64,000 bases of DNA from Chiloscyllium plagiosum (Eukaryota): positions 3,837,450 through 3,901,449 of the forward strand of contig NC_057750.1 in NCBI RefSeq assembly GCF_004010195.1, given 5' to 3'. This document shows positions 52,300 to 64,000 of this stretch, one piece after another. A program made the position numbers and the translations under genes. Within the stretch, counting starts at the first letter, position 1; each line of letters opens with the position of its first letter. The notes beneath the pieces are model-generated. The model saw only the letters and a list, made by a program, of their open reading frames with translations. It searched no databases and was not told the DNA's origin.

Positions 52300-55200
52300 T
52301 GAGATCTCACCAAGGCACACACATTATTTTATTTTTATATGTATAAAAGGTGCCTCTTTTAGTCACGGATAAACACCACTTCTAACAATGACTGAAACAC
52401 TGTGGTTTGAGTGATTCCTGAATACCTCTTTACAGCCAAACAACACGGGATTAAGTGATAACGTAACACAAGAGTCTGATTGAGACAGCACAGAATTTAA
52501 ACTGGTTCAACAATATTGTTGTGGTACTTTAGGAATACCACTTTTTGTTGTTGTGGCGATGGGTAGGAGAGAGTTGAAGCTGGCCCCTTTAAGAATCTGC
52601 TAGATTTGATACAGATATTATAATCCCAGGTTACTGCTTCACATTGACGTAAGCTTACTGTCATACCAAGTCATTGCCACTGTGTGATAGTTTAGTGAAG
52701 TATATCTGATCACAGTCACAAAGTCAATGATCCCTTGGAGCATCTTAGATCTAATTGCTTTGTTTATGTTGGAGTTTTTTTTGTCCTCAATGGGTCTTTG
52801 TTGTGGTGGGGTATCTCAGCACTGAAGAACTGATGAATGCAAAACTTTTCAAAAAAACAGTTGCTTTCACAAAAGTATTTTATGCATTTCGAGTGTTTTA
52901 TATCTATCCTATGTATGTGTGGACAGTTCCTTCCCAGCAGTTTGTTTTCCACAATTCCTAGAATATATAAAGTAATTTTAATTCTGTTCCTAATGCCATA
53001 ATTTGAGTTGGTGTGGTGGTTTTGACCTGATAATTGGTTTAGCCAGTAAACCTGGCTAAAAGAAGTAAGTTTTTAAAAAAAAGTTTCTTGCTTTAGATCC
53101 AATGATATGGCCAGTATCCACCATTATTGCCCATGTACCTTCAAGCAAATGAAACAATATTAAAAATAATTTGGCAAACAGGATACGATATATCTGAACT
53201 AGCTGTGGCAGTAGTAATAAGCTCTCAACAATTGTACTCTGGTTATTTTGAGCCAGTCCAATTGCAGAAGATTATTATTCAGATCAGTACTGCCTGTGAT
53301 GCAGTTTAGGTACAATGTGTACATTGTGTCGATGTCACCTTTCTTTGAGTTCTACTGTTTTCTTGAGTTTGGTTATTAATTGCTGAAATGCCAAAGCTCT
53401 GGTTTTTTGGAATGTTTCTAACTTTGGAGGAAATAACTGTTCCAATAACCATTATGGCTTTTCAATAGAATGGATGCATGTGGATATCATTATTAGCTTG
53501 CCTGTGTGCATTGGAATCATTTTCTTAGAATAAGTTGTGTAATTCCCTCGTTTTGGTCCCTGGTTGACTCCCAACTTAGCTTTTGCTGTTCAAAAATATC
53601 TTCTTAAAATCCAGATTGTGAACCATTTGTGTAGTTTTTTTTCTGTTTGTCTGAGGCTGACTTGACACCACTGTTTTGTTGTGCAGGGATCCATGCGATT
53701 TTGTTGTCAGTATGGCCATTTGATTTTTAACTTAAACCAGAAGCAACCTTGGAAAAACAGAGTTTCAGAATTTAAGAATAACCCCATTAATCCAGGGGAT
53801 TTCACCTCAATGTACACCTTGTGCAAATACAAGAAGACTGATTATTGTAAGACCATAAGATATAGGAGAAGAATTAGGCTATTGAGTCTGCTCTACTTTT
53901 CGATCATCTCAACCCCAGTCTCATGCCTCCTTCCCCTTACTAATCAAGGACCTATCTATTTCTGTCTTAAATACACTCAATGACTTGGCCTCCACAGCGC
54001 TCTGCAACAATGTGTACCTCTGGCTGAAGAAATTCCTCCTCATCTCATGTCTAAAGGGTCATCCCTTCACTCTGAGGCTATGCCTTCAGGTCTGAGTCTC
54101 TCCTATGAGTGCAAACATCTTATTGCCCACTCTGTCTAGGGCTCTCAGTATACTGCAAGCTTCAGTTAGATCCCCTCATCCTTCTACACTCCATAAAGTA
54201 AAGACCCAGAGATTTATAGCATATCTCTTTCTTCACCAAATAGCTAATTGCTAACTGATGCTGTTGCTTGTTTGTTGTCACATTGACCATGACTTGTGTT
54301 CTTGACAAGTTGTCATTTCTCCACTTAAAATTTTCTGAATGCAAGCGCCTTAATATACTTTCATCCAAAGGAGTACACGATTACCATTAGCCAATTTCAC
54401 CTAGCTTTATATCCATGCATACACAAAGCAGGAAGTCTGATGATGTAACAAAGTTGCCCTATTGGCTCATCACCTTCTACAATTTGCTGATTCATAATCA
54501 TCATTTTGGAAGCCAAAGCTGAAACTTTTCTTTGGTCCTTCAGTTTTATCGGGTCTCTTCTAGAAGCCATTCGACAGCACTTTATTTGTACAGCGCTTCT
54601 CATAAACCAAGTCCCATCGTGCTTCACTGGAATGTTATCAGAAGTACATTGATACGGAGTTGCATTAGTTATTCAGGTACCTAACCAAAAGCTTTATTGA
54701 ACAATTAGGTTTTAAGGAAGAGGAACGTAGACAGGTTTAAGGGAAGAATTCCTGAACTTAAAGGTCTAGACCGCTGAAGACACAGCTGCTACTGACGGTT
54801 AATGTGCACTTGCATATTCCTGTACACTTGGATCACTCCTTTTGTCAACTGCATGCAGTTTTAGTGAAGACTGCCAGGGTACATCTTCGTTTCAAGTACT
54901 TATTTTGTTTTGTTTTATTTCAAATGTGCAAACAATGCAAGTTGGCAAACTCTTGGAGCAATTAAAGAGAAGCTATTGAACTTTGTTTATTTTAAATTAA
55001 GCTTTGTTGGTTCCCAGCCTTCTGTTTGATACCTTTTCAGGAATCTGATTCAAAAGCACTTAAATATTGACTGTCTGTGAGAATCTCCTCGTGATTGCAA
55101 ATGCCTGGAGATGGATGACCATAAACTACAGATTGAACTCTTTAATTGAAGTGATGAATTGTTCATGATTTAAAATGTGAGATTTAATTTTAACTGAAAT

Positions 55201-57506
55201 TAAATCCTAATGTGCGAAATTTTAATTTCACAGGATTGAATTAGCCTAGAATAGCATTTTGTAGAATGACTTCCATTTCATCTCACTTGGGCATTCAGTG
55301 CCTGTGAGCCAAGGTGCACATAGCTAAAGATCTTAGACAGCAAGTTAATATTGGAACAAATAGACAGCCATTAGCTCAGCTCACATTCACTGAAATGGAA
55401 GTTGTAGGAGTACAATAGTATGAGAAAAGCACAAAGGCACATGTTCTCATAAAATGGCTAATAAACTCAGACAAACATGGGCTCGTGAACATGAAACACC
55501 TTGTATTTGCCATGTGCTTTGCCCAAAGACAGGTGCCTAACTTCATTGGCTTCTGATGCTCTTTCCTGAGCAATTTTTCTGGCTTTTCTGTCATCGATGA
55601 TTTGCCTTTCATACTCAAGGACAGGACAAAGAGGCAGACTCCAAGTTTACCTCAGACAGAACCCAAGCTCTTGACATTATTCTGAACCAGATGCTTGCCA
55701 TCAAGCTGATTCACCTGACCACTCTGCATATTCTATTCGTGTATGGGTACAAAGCTTAACTAAAATACTTGATAAAGTGACCCCGGCCTTGACTCTCAAA
55801 TGTTCACTTTTATCTACGAACATGTGACTTGGCAGTGTAAAGGAGCAAATGGTGTATGTCAAAAAGGAGAAGAAATCCCATTTGCAAGCCCCACAAGAAT
55901 GAGAAATTGAAGCTTCCTTATGGAATTGGATTCCATGATAGTATCTAAACTCATTAAACCATTTAAATAAAGGCTAAATACTGTGGATGCTGGAAATAGG
56001 AAATACAGAGAATACTAGATAAACTCAGCAGGTCTGGCAGCATCTGTGGAAAGTGAAACATTTTGAGTATGGTATGACTGTTCAGAACCTCTTCAAATGC
56101 TTTTCGAGTGCTCTTTCCATAGGAGACAGGAGTAGACAATTCATCCCCTTCATCCTGCTCTGCCAGTTGATATGATTATGGCTGATCTCACCTTGAACTC
56201 TACTCCACTTTTCCTCCCACTCTCCATAACCCTTTAACCTGTTACAAATTAAAAATCTATCTTCTCAAATTTATTCAATATCCTGGCATCCACCCAACTT
56301 GGGGTAGTGAGTTCCACAGATTCATCAAGAAGTAATTTTTCCTCATCTCTGTTTCAAATCTGCTTCCTCAAAACCAAGATCTCTTGCTCGAGATTGTCCC
56401 ACATGATAAAACATCCTTGTATGAAGTTGTGTGGAAATATTGGCTTGAGAATACATTGCTTACTTGCTTCAGATCCCAGAGAAAAAATAAATATGCCTCC
56501 TTAGAGATAGGTTTTGCTTTCCATCTGGCATACCATTGCCTCATTACAATTTGAGGAAACGTTTGAAATGCACTGAAGACCTCAATGTCTCTCTAGGGGT
56601 CGTCAAGCAATGACATGGGTTAATGGCTTAGCATATAAAAGCAAAGTGCTGCAGCTACTGGAAATCTGAAGTAAAAACAGACAGTGCTAGAGAAACTCAG
56701 CATCTCTCTCTTTACAGATGCTGTCAGATCTGCTGAGTTTCTCCAGCATTTTGCTTTTATTAACTGCTAAACAATCAGCTGCCAGGCTATGCATTGTCAG
56801 GAAAAGGGAGGTCAATTGACGAGATAATTGGCATCTTTTCCAATAACTCGCTATTAAAAATCAATATTTTTGAGATTTCTGAATAAATTATCATGAAGAT
56901 ATAGAGGTCTGATTCTGCTTGATTCTATTTTTAGTATTCCTGAGCTCATATGGTGCAGTGGTAGAGTTCATACCTCAACCTCTGAGACAATAGGTCTGGG
57001 TTCAAGTTCAACCTGCTTTAGAGTGGTGTGATAACATGTCTGCACAGATTGATGTAGAAAATATCAGCAGAATTCCTCTGTCCATGTCTGCTTTGGGTTG
57101 GAGATAATCAGTAACCTGATTACAATGCAGGCCGTGGTATCACTAAACAATATTCCACTTCATACAACAGGTGTTAATCCTCAAATAGGATCTGAAAGGC
57201 ACTACTTGAGAATGTAGTGGCAGTAGATTTAGCTGTATTTTTAAAAAAATGAATGGGACTAATTACATGAAGAGAAAACACTTGCACGGTTACAGGGAGG
57301 AGGTGGTGTTTTGGGATTAATTGCTTTTACAGAACGTCCACACAGACAAAGTGGACTGAATGGTCTCCTGTGCTGTAACCATTTTGTGCCTCTATAATAC
57401 CATACAAAGATCGTAGGGTGATAGAACAGAGCGAGGAATACAAAGTTATGGCTGCAAAGAAGGTGCACAAAAAGCCAGATCAGCATTAGATTTAAAACTT
57501 GAGAGG

Positions 57507-57625
57507 ATTCTGGATCAATGGTGCTGGAAGAGCACAGCAGTTCAGGCAGCATCCGAGGAGCTTCAGCAAAATCGACGTTTCGGGCAAAAGCCTGGTTTCC
57601 AGCATCTGCAGTCATTGTTTTTACC
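57507..57625. mobile_element. 119-bp inverted Penelope-terminus insertion in a Rex1-like 3' fragment
   Basis: Perfect 15-bp TSD ttaaaacttgagagg at 57492-57506 / 57626-57640. Confidence 0.88.
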
Positions 57626-59079
57626 TTAAAACTTGAGAGGTCCATTCTAAAAGTTGCGAGGAAGAAGCTGTTCTTGAATCTGTTGGTAAATGTGTTTATA
57701 CTTTTGTACCTTCTACCTGATGGAAGAGGTTGGAAGAAATTATAATCGGGATGGAAGGGGTTTTCGATGTTGGGTACCTTTCTGAGGCAGCGAGAAGTGT
57801 AGATGGAGTCAATGGATGGGCGATTAAATTAAAGCTTGATATACCTGCCTAATTAACAAGTATTAGAGCTAAGAGGTAATTGTATATGTACAGTGATAGT
57901 CATATTCATAAATCATATTCCATTGAGACATCGTACAGTCTTATACAATAGGATTGTTACAGCAACAGAAAAAGTAATAGCATTCTCTAGTTTAAACTTT
58001 TCCATTTGCATGCACCTTTCAGTTTTTTTGCATCACAAATTCTGAGTTTTTACACTTATTATGGAAACAGTCTATCTAAATTCATCACACCACTTCTATC
58101 CAAATAGAGGATGCAGCAGTCTGGCCCAGATTCCACAATGTATTTTTAAAAAGCTTGATTAAATTGAAATTCACCCGGGAAGCAGAGTCAATTTGCCAAA
58201 ATGGTGGAAGGGAATGATATTTGACATGTCGAAAGACCGATTGTAAGAATGCATCAATTTACAGCTGCTTTTAACAAGACTAATTTCATAAGGACATTTA
58301 ATTACAAATTGAAATATTTTTAAAGAACTCTTAATTATCGGTTCGACAATATCTACAGATGTGGAATCTTGCCTTTAAAAAGAATTTGTAGAATCAGGGA
58401 ATGACAATAGAACAGGAGAGCATTTCACTCCTTAAGCCCATGCGAGCTCCCTGTAAGACCAATCCAGCTAGCCTCATTCCCCTTTCCTGTAGCCCTGCAG
58501 ATATTTTACCTTCAAATAGTTCCCTTATTCCTTTCTAAAATCCATGATCGAACCTGCCTCCACCACAATTTCATGCAGCATGCTCCAAGCCTAACCTCGC
58601 TGTATAGTTTTTTTCTTGCTTCTCTTAACAAAAGCTTATGCACATTTACCGACAGATTCAAGAACAGCATCTCACTTTAAACCAGTGCCCTATTATTCTT
58701 GACCCTTTCCATAAATAGGATGTTTTTCTCCATCTCTGCTGTCCAAACCCCTTATGACTTTGAATACTTCACGAATCTCTTCTCCACTTTCTCTGCTGTA
58801 ATAAGAATAGCCAGGTAAACAATCTTAGTTTCTATGACACATCCACAATACTGAAGTTTCCCATTCTTGTGGTCATTCTTGCAAATCTTTTTTGCACCTT
58901 TTCCAGGAACTTCACATTCTTCCTAAATTACACACCGCTCTCCATGCTCATGTGATCTTGTCCATTAAGGTCACCACTTCCCAAACTATTTTCTAAGACA
59001 CAATTTTAACGCTTGGAAACTAATGTGACTTGAAATACCAGTTCAAAATCCACAAAGTTGTTTGTAGGATAGGGAACAT

Positions 59080-62000
59080 GTTGGCGTTAATTTTCCAAAA
59101 AGGTCCCTGGATTGAGGAAATGCCCCATCAGATCGAAAAGTAACCCTTCTGTTCAACAAGGGAAGGAGACCGAAATCTGAAAACTATTGGCCAGTTACCT
59201 TGCTGTCTGTCATGGGGAAGGTGCTGAAATCAATCATTAAAGAGGTTATAGTTGCACACTTAAGAAAAACTCAAGATAATTGGGAAAAGTCAACACGCTT
59301 TCATCAAAGGGAAATTATGTTCAACCAAATTTATTGGAGTACTTTGAAACTGTGAAGAAAAGGGAGTGAGTAACCCCTACAGAGCTTGATTTTCTAGAAG
59401 ACATTTCATAAGACACTACATCAAAAGTTATAGCGGAAAATCAAAGGATGTGTTACAGGGGAGTGTCACATTAGCATGGCTAGAAGATTGGCTTATTGGC
59501 AGAAAACAGAGAGTTTGCATAAATGAGTCTTGGGTCTGTGTTATGATCCCAGCAAGTATTACTAGACAAATCTGATCCTGGGCTGAAATTAGCTTGATGG
59601 GTCAAATGTTTGTTTGCAGGTACAGCACATAATTAAGTGGTCTTTCACTGAAAAATAAGCATATACTATTACAGATTTGTTTTCAACAATAAAATTTATT
59701 AAGCAAAAGGAATGAAAAAAATAGAATAAACTAAGCTACTTACTTATAGCACAAACTTAAAAGGCTTTGAAACAGTGAAATTTAATCCCATTAATCTCCA
59801 AAACACTCCTTTAGCGATCTCAGAATACTCTGCACGTACTCAAGAGCACCCCCTTATACAGTGCTTACACCAGAAAATCTTTTCTGTAACACCTCAATGG
59901 GTTTGACTTCTATTTCCAGTCTGGAAACTATGAGAGCTTCATCCTGGAGCTCTCATACACCTAAGTAAATGCCCTCAGCATTTGCCCAAACACTTTCAGT
60001 TTGGGACTATCACTAACTCCCTACTCTTTAGCTTTCATAGCAAGAGGATTCGAGTACAGGAGTAGAGGTGTCTTACTATAACTGTACAGGCCCCACATAG
60101 AGTATTGTATACAGCATTTATCTCTTACCTGAGGAAGAATGTTCTAGCTATTGAGGGAGTGCAGAGAGGGTTTACCAGACAGATTCTTGGGATGTAAGGG
60201 GAAGAAACTGAATCAGTTAGGACTATATTCAATTGAGTTTAGAAGAATGAGAGTGATCTTGTATAAACCTATGAAATCCTAACAAGACTGGACAGAGTAG
60301 GTGCAGGAAGGATTTTCTTGATTAGTGGGACGTCCTGAACCAGGGGTCACAGTCTAAATGTAAGGCTCAATCAGCTAAATGGCTTAAATCTGCTTCTATC
60401 TCTTATTTATCTTATGATAAGGCATGGGCCTTTTAGGACAGAGATGAGAAATTTCTTGACCCAGAGAGAGGTGAATCCGTGGAATTCTCTTCCACAGAAA
60501 AAAATTGAGTCCAAAACATTGAATGTTTTCAAGAAGCAGATAGATATGTTAGGGCTGAAGGGATCAAAGTGTATGGGGAGAAAGTGGGAACAGTATACTG
60601 AGTTGGATGATCAAACATTATCATATTGAAAGTCTCTAAGATAATCTAGTGTTAACAAATCTATCCTCTCCCTTCCTCGGGAGCAGTTTTACACATGAAA
60701 ACTTTTGCAGGACTGATTAGCACTGAAATTAAAACAAAAACAGATATTGCTGGAAAATCTCAACAGGTCTAGCAACGTCTATGGGGAGAAACCTTAATGT
60801 TTCTGGTCCAATGACCCTTCTGAAGATTTCCAGCAATGGCAGTCATAGAGAAAGTAAAACCCTCTTTCCAAGCTATGGGTGTATGCTTCCCCTAAGCTTA
60901 AAAAAAATTCAGAAATTTCCACTAGAAACCTTGAGGTTACCTCATGACATTGTAAGACCCCCAAAGGTAAATACAAACCCATTATTTCTGAAAGCTAACA
61001 GTCACAAAAAATTTTCTATTAACCGTAGCTACAGAAATAATAACAAGTTAATTATTGATTACTTCAGACACAGAAAAGCCCATATGTCAACACTTCAACA
61101 TCTAACCTTAATACAAATGATACTAACTTTGTAAATATAAATCTCGGTCTGCATTGCATCTGATTCACAGGATGGAGTCCCATGAAGTTCTCTTCTGGGT
61201 CTTCAAATTTTTTTACAAACTGTCATTAATGACTTCTGATAAGTTCTGATAACTACATTCTCAGATGGCACCATGATTGGTAGATAGGAAAGTGTTATAA
61301 GGAAGACCTAAAGTTTCAGATAGAAATAAATAGGTTGAGTGAGGAGGTGAGGCAGAAGGAATATAATATGGGAAAATGTGAAGTTCGCTTTACAAGGAAG
61401 AACAAAAAGTAGCGTAATGCCTAAACAGAGAAACTCTGCGGAATTCTGAGGTGCAGAAGGATTTAGTTGTAGTGCATGAGTCACAACATGTTTGTTTGCA
61501 GGTACAGCACATATTTAAGATGGCTAATGGGGTGTTCCATTCTTAGGAGATGAATTGAATGTAGAAAGAAGGATGCCATGCTTTGATTATACAAGTATTG
61601 GGGAGACCACATCTCAAAAATGATGCGCCATTTAATCTATTTAAGGAAGGATGTACATGCATTGGAAGCAGTTCAGAGGTGGTTTACCAGGTAAGTACCT
61701 GGAATGATTCAGTTGTCATATGAGGAAAGGCTACTCAGACTGAGCTTATATTCATTGGAGTTTAGAAGAATGAATATTGACTTGATTAAAAATGTACAAG
61801 ATCCTGGCAAAATGGATGTGGAAAAGGATGTTTTTTCTTATGCTTCAGTCCAGAACAAGGGGGCATTGTTTAAATGAGGAGTCACCTTTCAGGACAGAGA
61901 TGAGGATTTTTGTTTTCCCTGAAAGTTGTGCACCTTTGGAACTGTCGTCTTCAGAAAGCAGTAGAGATGGGGCCATTAATTATTTTTAACCTGGGAGGTG

Positions 62001-62170
62001 GATGGATTCTTGTCAGGCAGGAGAACCAAAGGCTATTATGGAAAGGTGAGAATGTGGAATTTTGAACATTCACCCACATAGCCATTATCTTACTGAAGGG
62101 CAGAGGAGGCTTGAGAGGCTAAAAGGGCCACTCCTGCTCCTATTTCATTTTGTTCCGATATTTTGTTTCT
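59080..62170 (+). mobile_element. cluster of decayed CR1 fragments with unclassified interruptions
   Basis: CR1 RT/tail similarity at ~59080-59530, 60030-60630 and 61200-62170. Confidence 0.6.
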
Positions 62171-62415
62171 GTGACCCCAATTGAGGTCACAGCCTTTTAT
62201 TTGAGAACCATTAATCTAAGCCATGGGTGTGTCCACTTGCTCATGTTAGCTGTCACTGCGCCTTGAAAGAAAAATCTCCTGTAGTTATACCTGTCAGGAT
62301 CAAAACGCCTTTCAACCAATGAAATTATTTTGGAGTGTAGTCTCTGTTGTAGTGGCATGGTCAAAGCAGTGAAACAGACTGTTCTGTCCAACTGGTATAT
62401 CTGTCCAGATGCCTT

Positions 62416-62718
62416 TTAAACCGATGCAATTGTACCAGCCTCTATCACTTCCTCTGGCAGTTCATTCCATACACACACTACCCTCTGCATGCAAAGGTTA
62501 CCCCTCAGGTCATTTTCAAATCTTTCCCCTCTCACCTTTAACTTATGTCCTCTAGTTTTGGACTGCCCCACCCTATATAAAAGACATTGGCTATTCATCC
62601 TATGCATGCCCCTCATGATTTTATAAACCTCCATTAGGTCACCCCTCACCTCTGATGCTCCAGGGAAAATAGCCTCTTCCTATAACGCAAGTCCTCCAGT
62701 CCTGGCAATGTCCTTGTA
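62416..62718 (-). mobile_element. CR1 3' fragment
   Basis: RGDLMEVYKIMRG...TRGHKLKVRGERF...WNELPEEV. Confidence 0.88.
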
Positions 62719-62719
62719 A

Positions 62720-64000
62720 GGAGAAAGTGAGGTCTGCCGATGCTGGAGATCAGAGCTGGAAATGTGTTGCTGGAAAAGCGCAGCAGGTCAGGCAGCATCC
62801 AGGGAACAGGAGAATCGACGTTTCGGGCATAAGCCCTTCTTCAGGAATGGGGAAAGTTTGTCCAGCAGGCTAAGATAAAAGGTAGGGAGGAGGGACTTGG
62901 GGGAGGGGCGTCGGAAATGTGATAGGTGGAAAGAGGTCAAGGTGAGGGTGATAGGTCAGACTGGGGTGGGAAGTCCACGTTCATCCCCTGCGGTTGGAGG
63001 GTTCCCAGTCGGAAGATAAGATGCTCCTCCTCCGACCGTCGGGTTGTTGTGGTTTGGCGGTGGATGAGTCCAATGACCTGCATATCCTCGGTGGAGTGGG
63101 AGGGGGAGTTGAGATGCTGTGCTACAGGTTGGTTGGGTTGGTTCGTCCGGGTGGCCCAGAGGTGCTCTCTGAATCGCTCCGCAAGTAGGCGGCCTGTCTC
63201 CCCAATATAGAGGAGGCCACACCGGCTGCAGCGGATGCAGTAGATGATGTGGGTGGAGGTGCAGGTGAATCTGTGGCGGATATGGAAGTTTCCCTTGGGG
63301 CCTTGGAGAGAAGTGAGGGGGGAGGTGTGGGCGCAAGTGTTGCACCTCCTGCGGTTGCAAGGGAAGGTGTCGGGAGTGGTGGTTGGGTCGGTGGGGGGTG
63401 TGGATCTGACAAGGGAGTCGCGGAGGGAGTGGTCTCTACGGAAAGCTGATAGGGGTGGGGAGGGAAATATATCCTTGGTGCTGGGGTCTGTTTGGAGGTG
63501 GCGGAAGTGACGGCGGATGATGCGCTGTACATGGAGATTGGTGGGGTGGTAGGTGAGGACCAGTGGGGTTCTGTCCTGGTGGCGGTTGGAGGGGCGGGGC
63601 TCAAGGGCGGAGGAGCGGGAAGTGGAGGAGATGCGGTGGAGGGCACCGTCGACCACGTCGGGGGGGAAATTGCGGTCCTTGAAGAAGGGGGCCATCTGTG
63701 TTGTACGTATTTTGAACTGGTCCTCCTGGGAGCAGATGCGGCGGAGACAAAGGAATTGGGAGAATGGGATGGTGTTTTTACAGGGGGCAGGATGGGAGGA
63801 GGTGTAGTCCAGGTAGCTGTGGGAGTCGGTCGGTTTGTAGTAGATGTCCGTGTTGATTCGGTCGCCTGAGATAGAAATTGAAATGTTGAAACTTTATTGC
63901 TGGAACAGCACAGCAGGTCAGGCAGCATCCAGGGAACAGGAGATTCGACGTTTCGGGCACAGGCCCTTCCTGAAGGCGTCATCAGGAGTGGCTGCAGTGG
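62720..64000 (-). mobile_element. young Penelope-like element (RT C-terminus + GIY-YIG), with a second pLTR at ~63875-64000
   Basis: Open frame YYKPTDSHSYLDYTSSHP...CNRRRCNTC...IIYCIRCSRCGLLYIGETGRLLAERFREH; CpG-rich. Confidence 0.95.
62813..62848 (-). ncRNA. minimal type I hammerhead ribozyme motif
   Basis: Identical 36-nt motif to 41336-41371. Confidence 0.7.

Noticed and set aside
51843..52320. antisense ORFs over exon 8
   Set aside because: Shadow frames of the real exon, with no independent support.

Overview
Vertebrate genomic DNA, almost certainly from a shark or other elasmobranch (HE1-type V-SINEs, CR1 LINEs, abundant Penelope-like elements). Two host genes lie on the + strand: the last two coding exons of CCDC97 (391-520, 2007-2127), and a complete 8-exon C19orf47 orthologue (ATG 11867 to TAG 52299; 1191-nt CDS, 396 aa, all GT-AG junctions in phase). 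C19orf47 has a CpG-rich promoter directly preceded by a ~1 kb minisatellite (32-33 bp unit) with an RFX X-box-like motif in each unit. Most remaining sequence is decayed retroelements (CR1, Rex1/Babar, L1/Tx1, Penelope/GIY-YIG, several SINE families, one Tigger-like MITE). The most notable structure is a set of Penelope-like insertions carrying minimal hammerhead ribozyme motifs. Many are short fold-back (inverted) insertions with ~15-bp target-site duplications (TSDs). They include a perfect 60-bp hairpin in the presumptive CCDC97 3' UTR and a sense-strand hammerhead with a perfect antisense copy in C19orf47 intron 4. Gene and family names come from recalled sequence similarity, not database searches; repeat boundaries are approximate unless a TSD is given.
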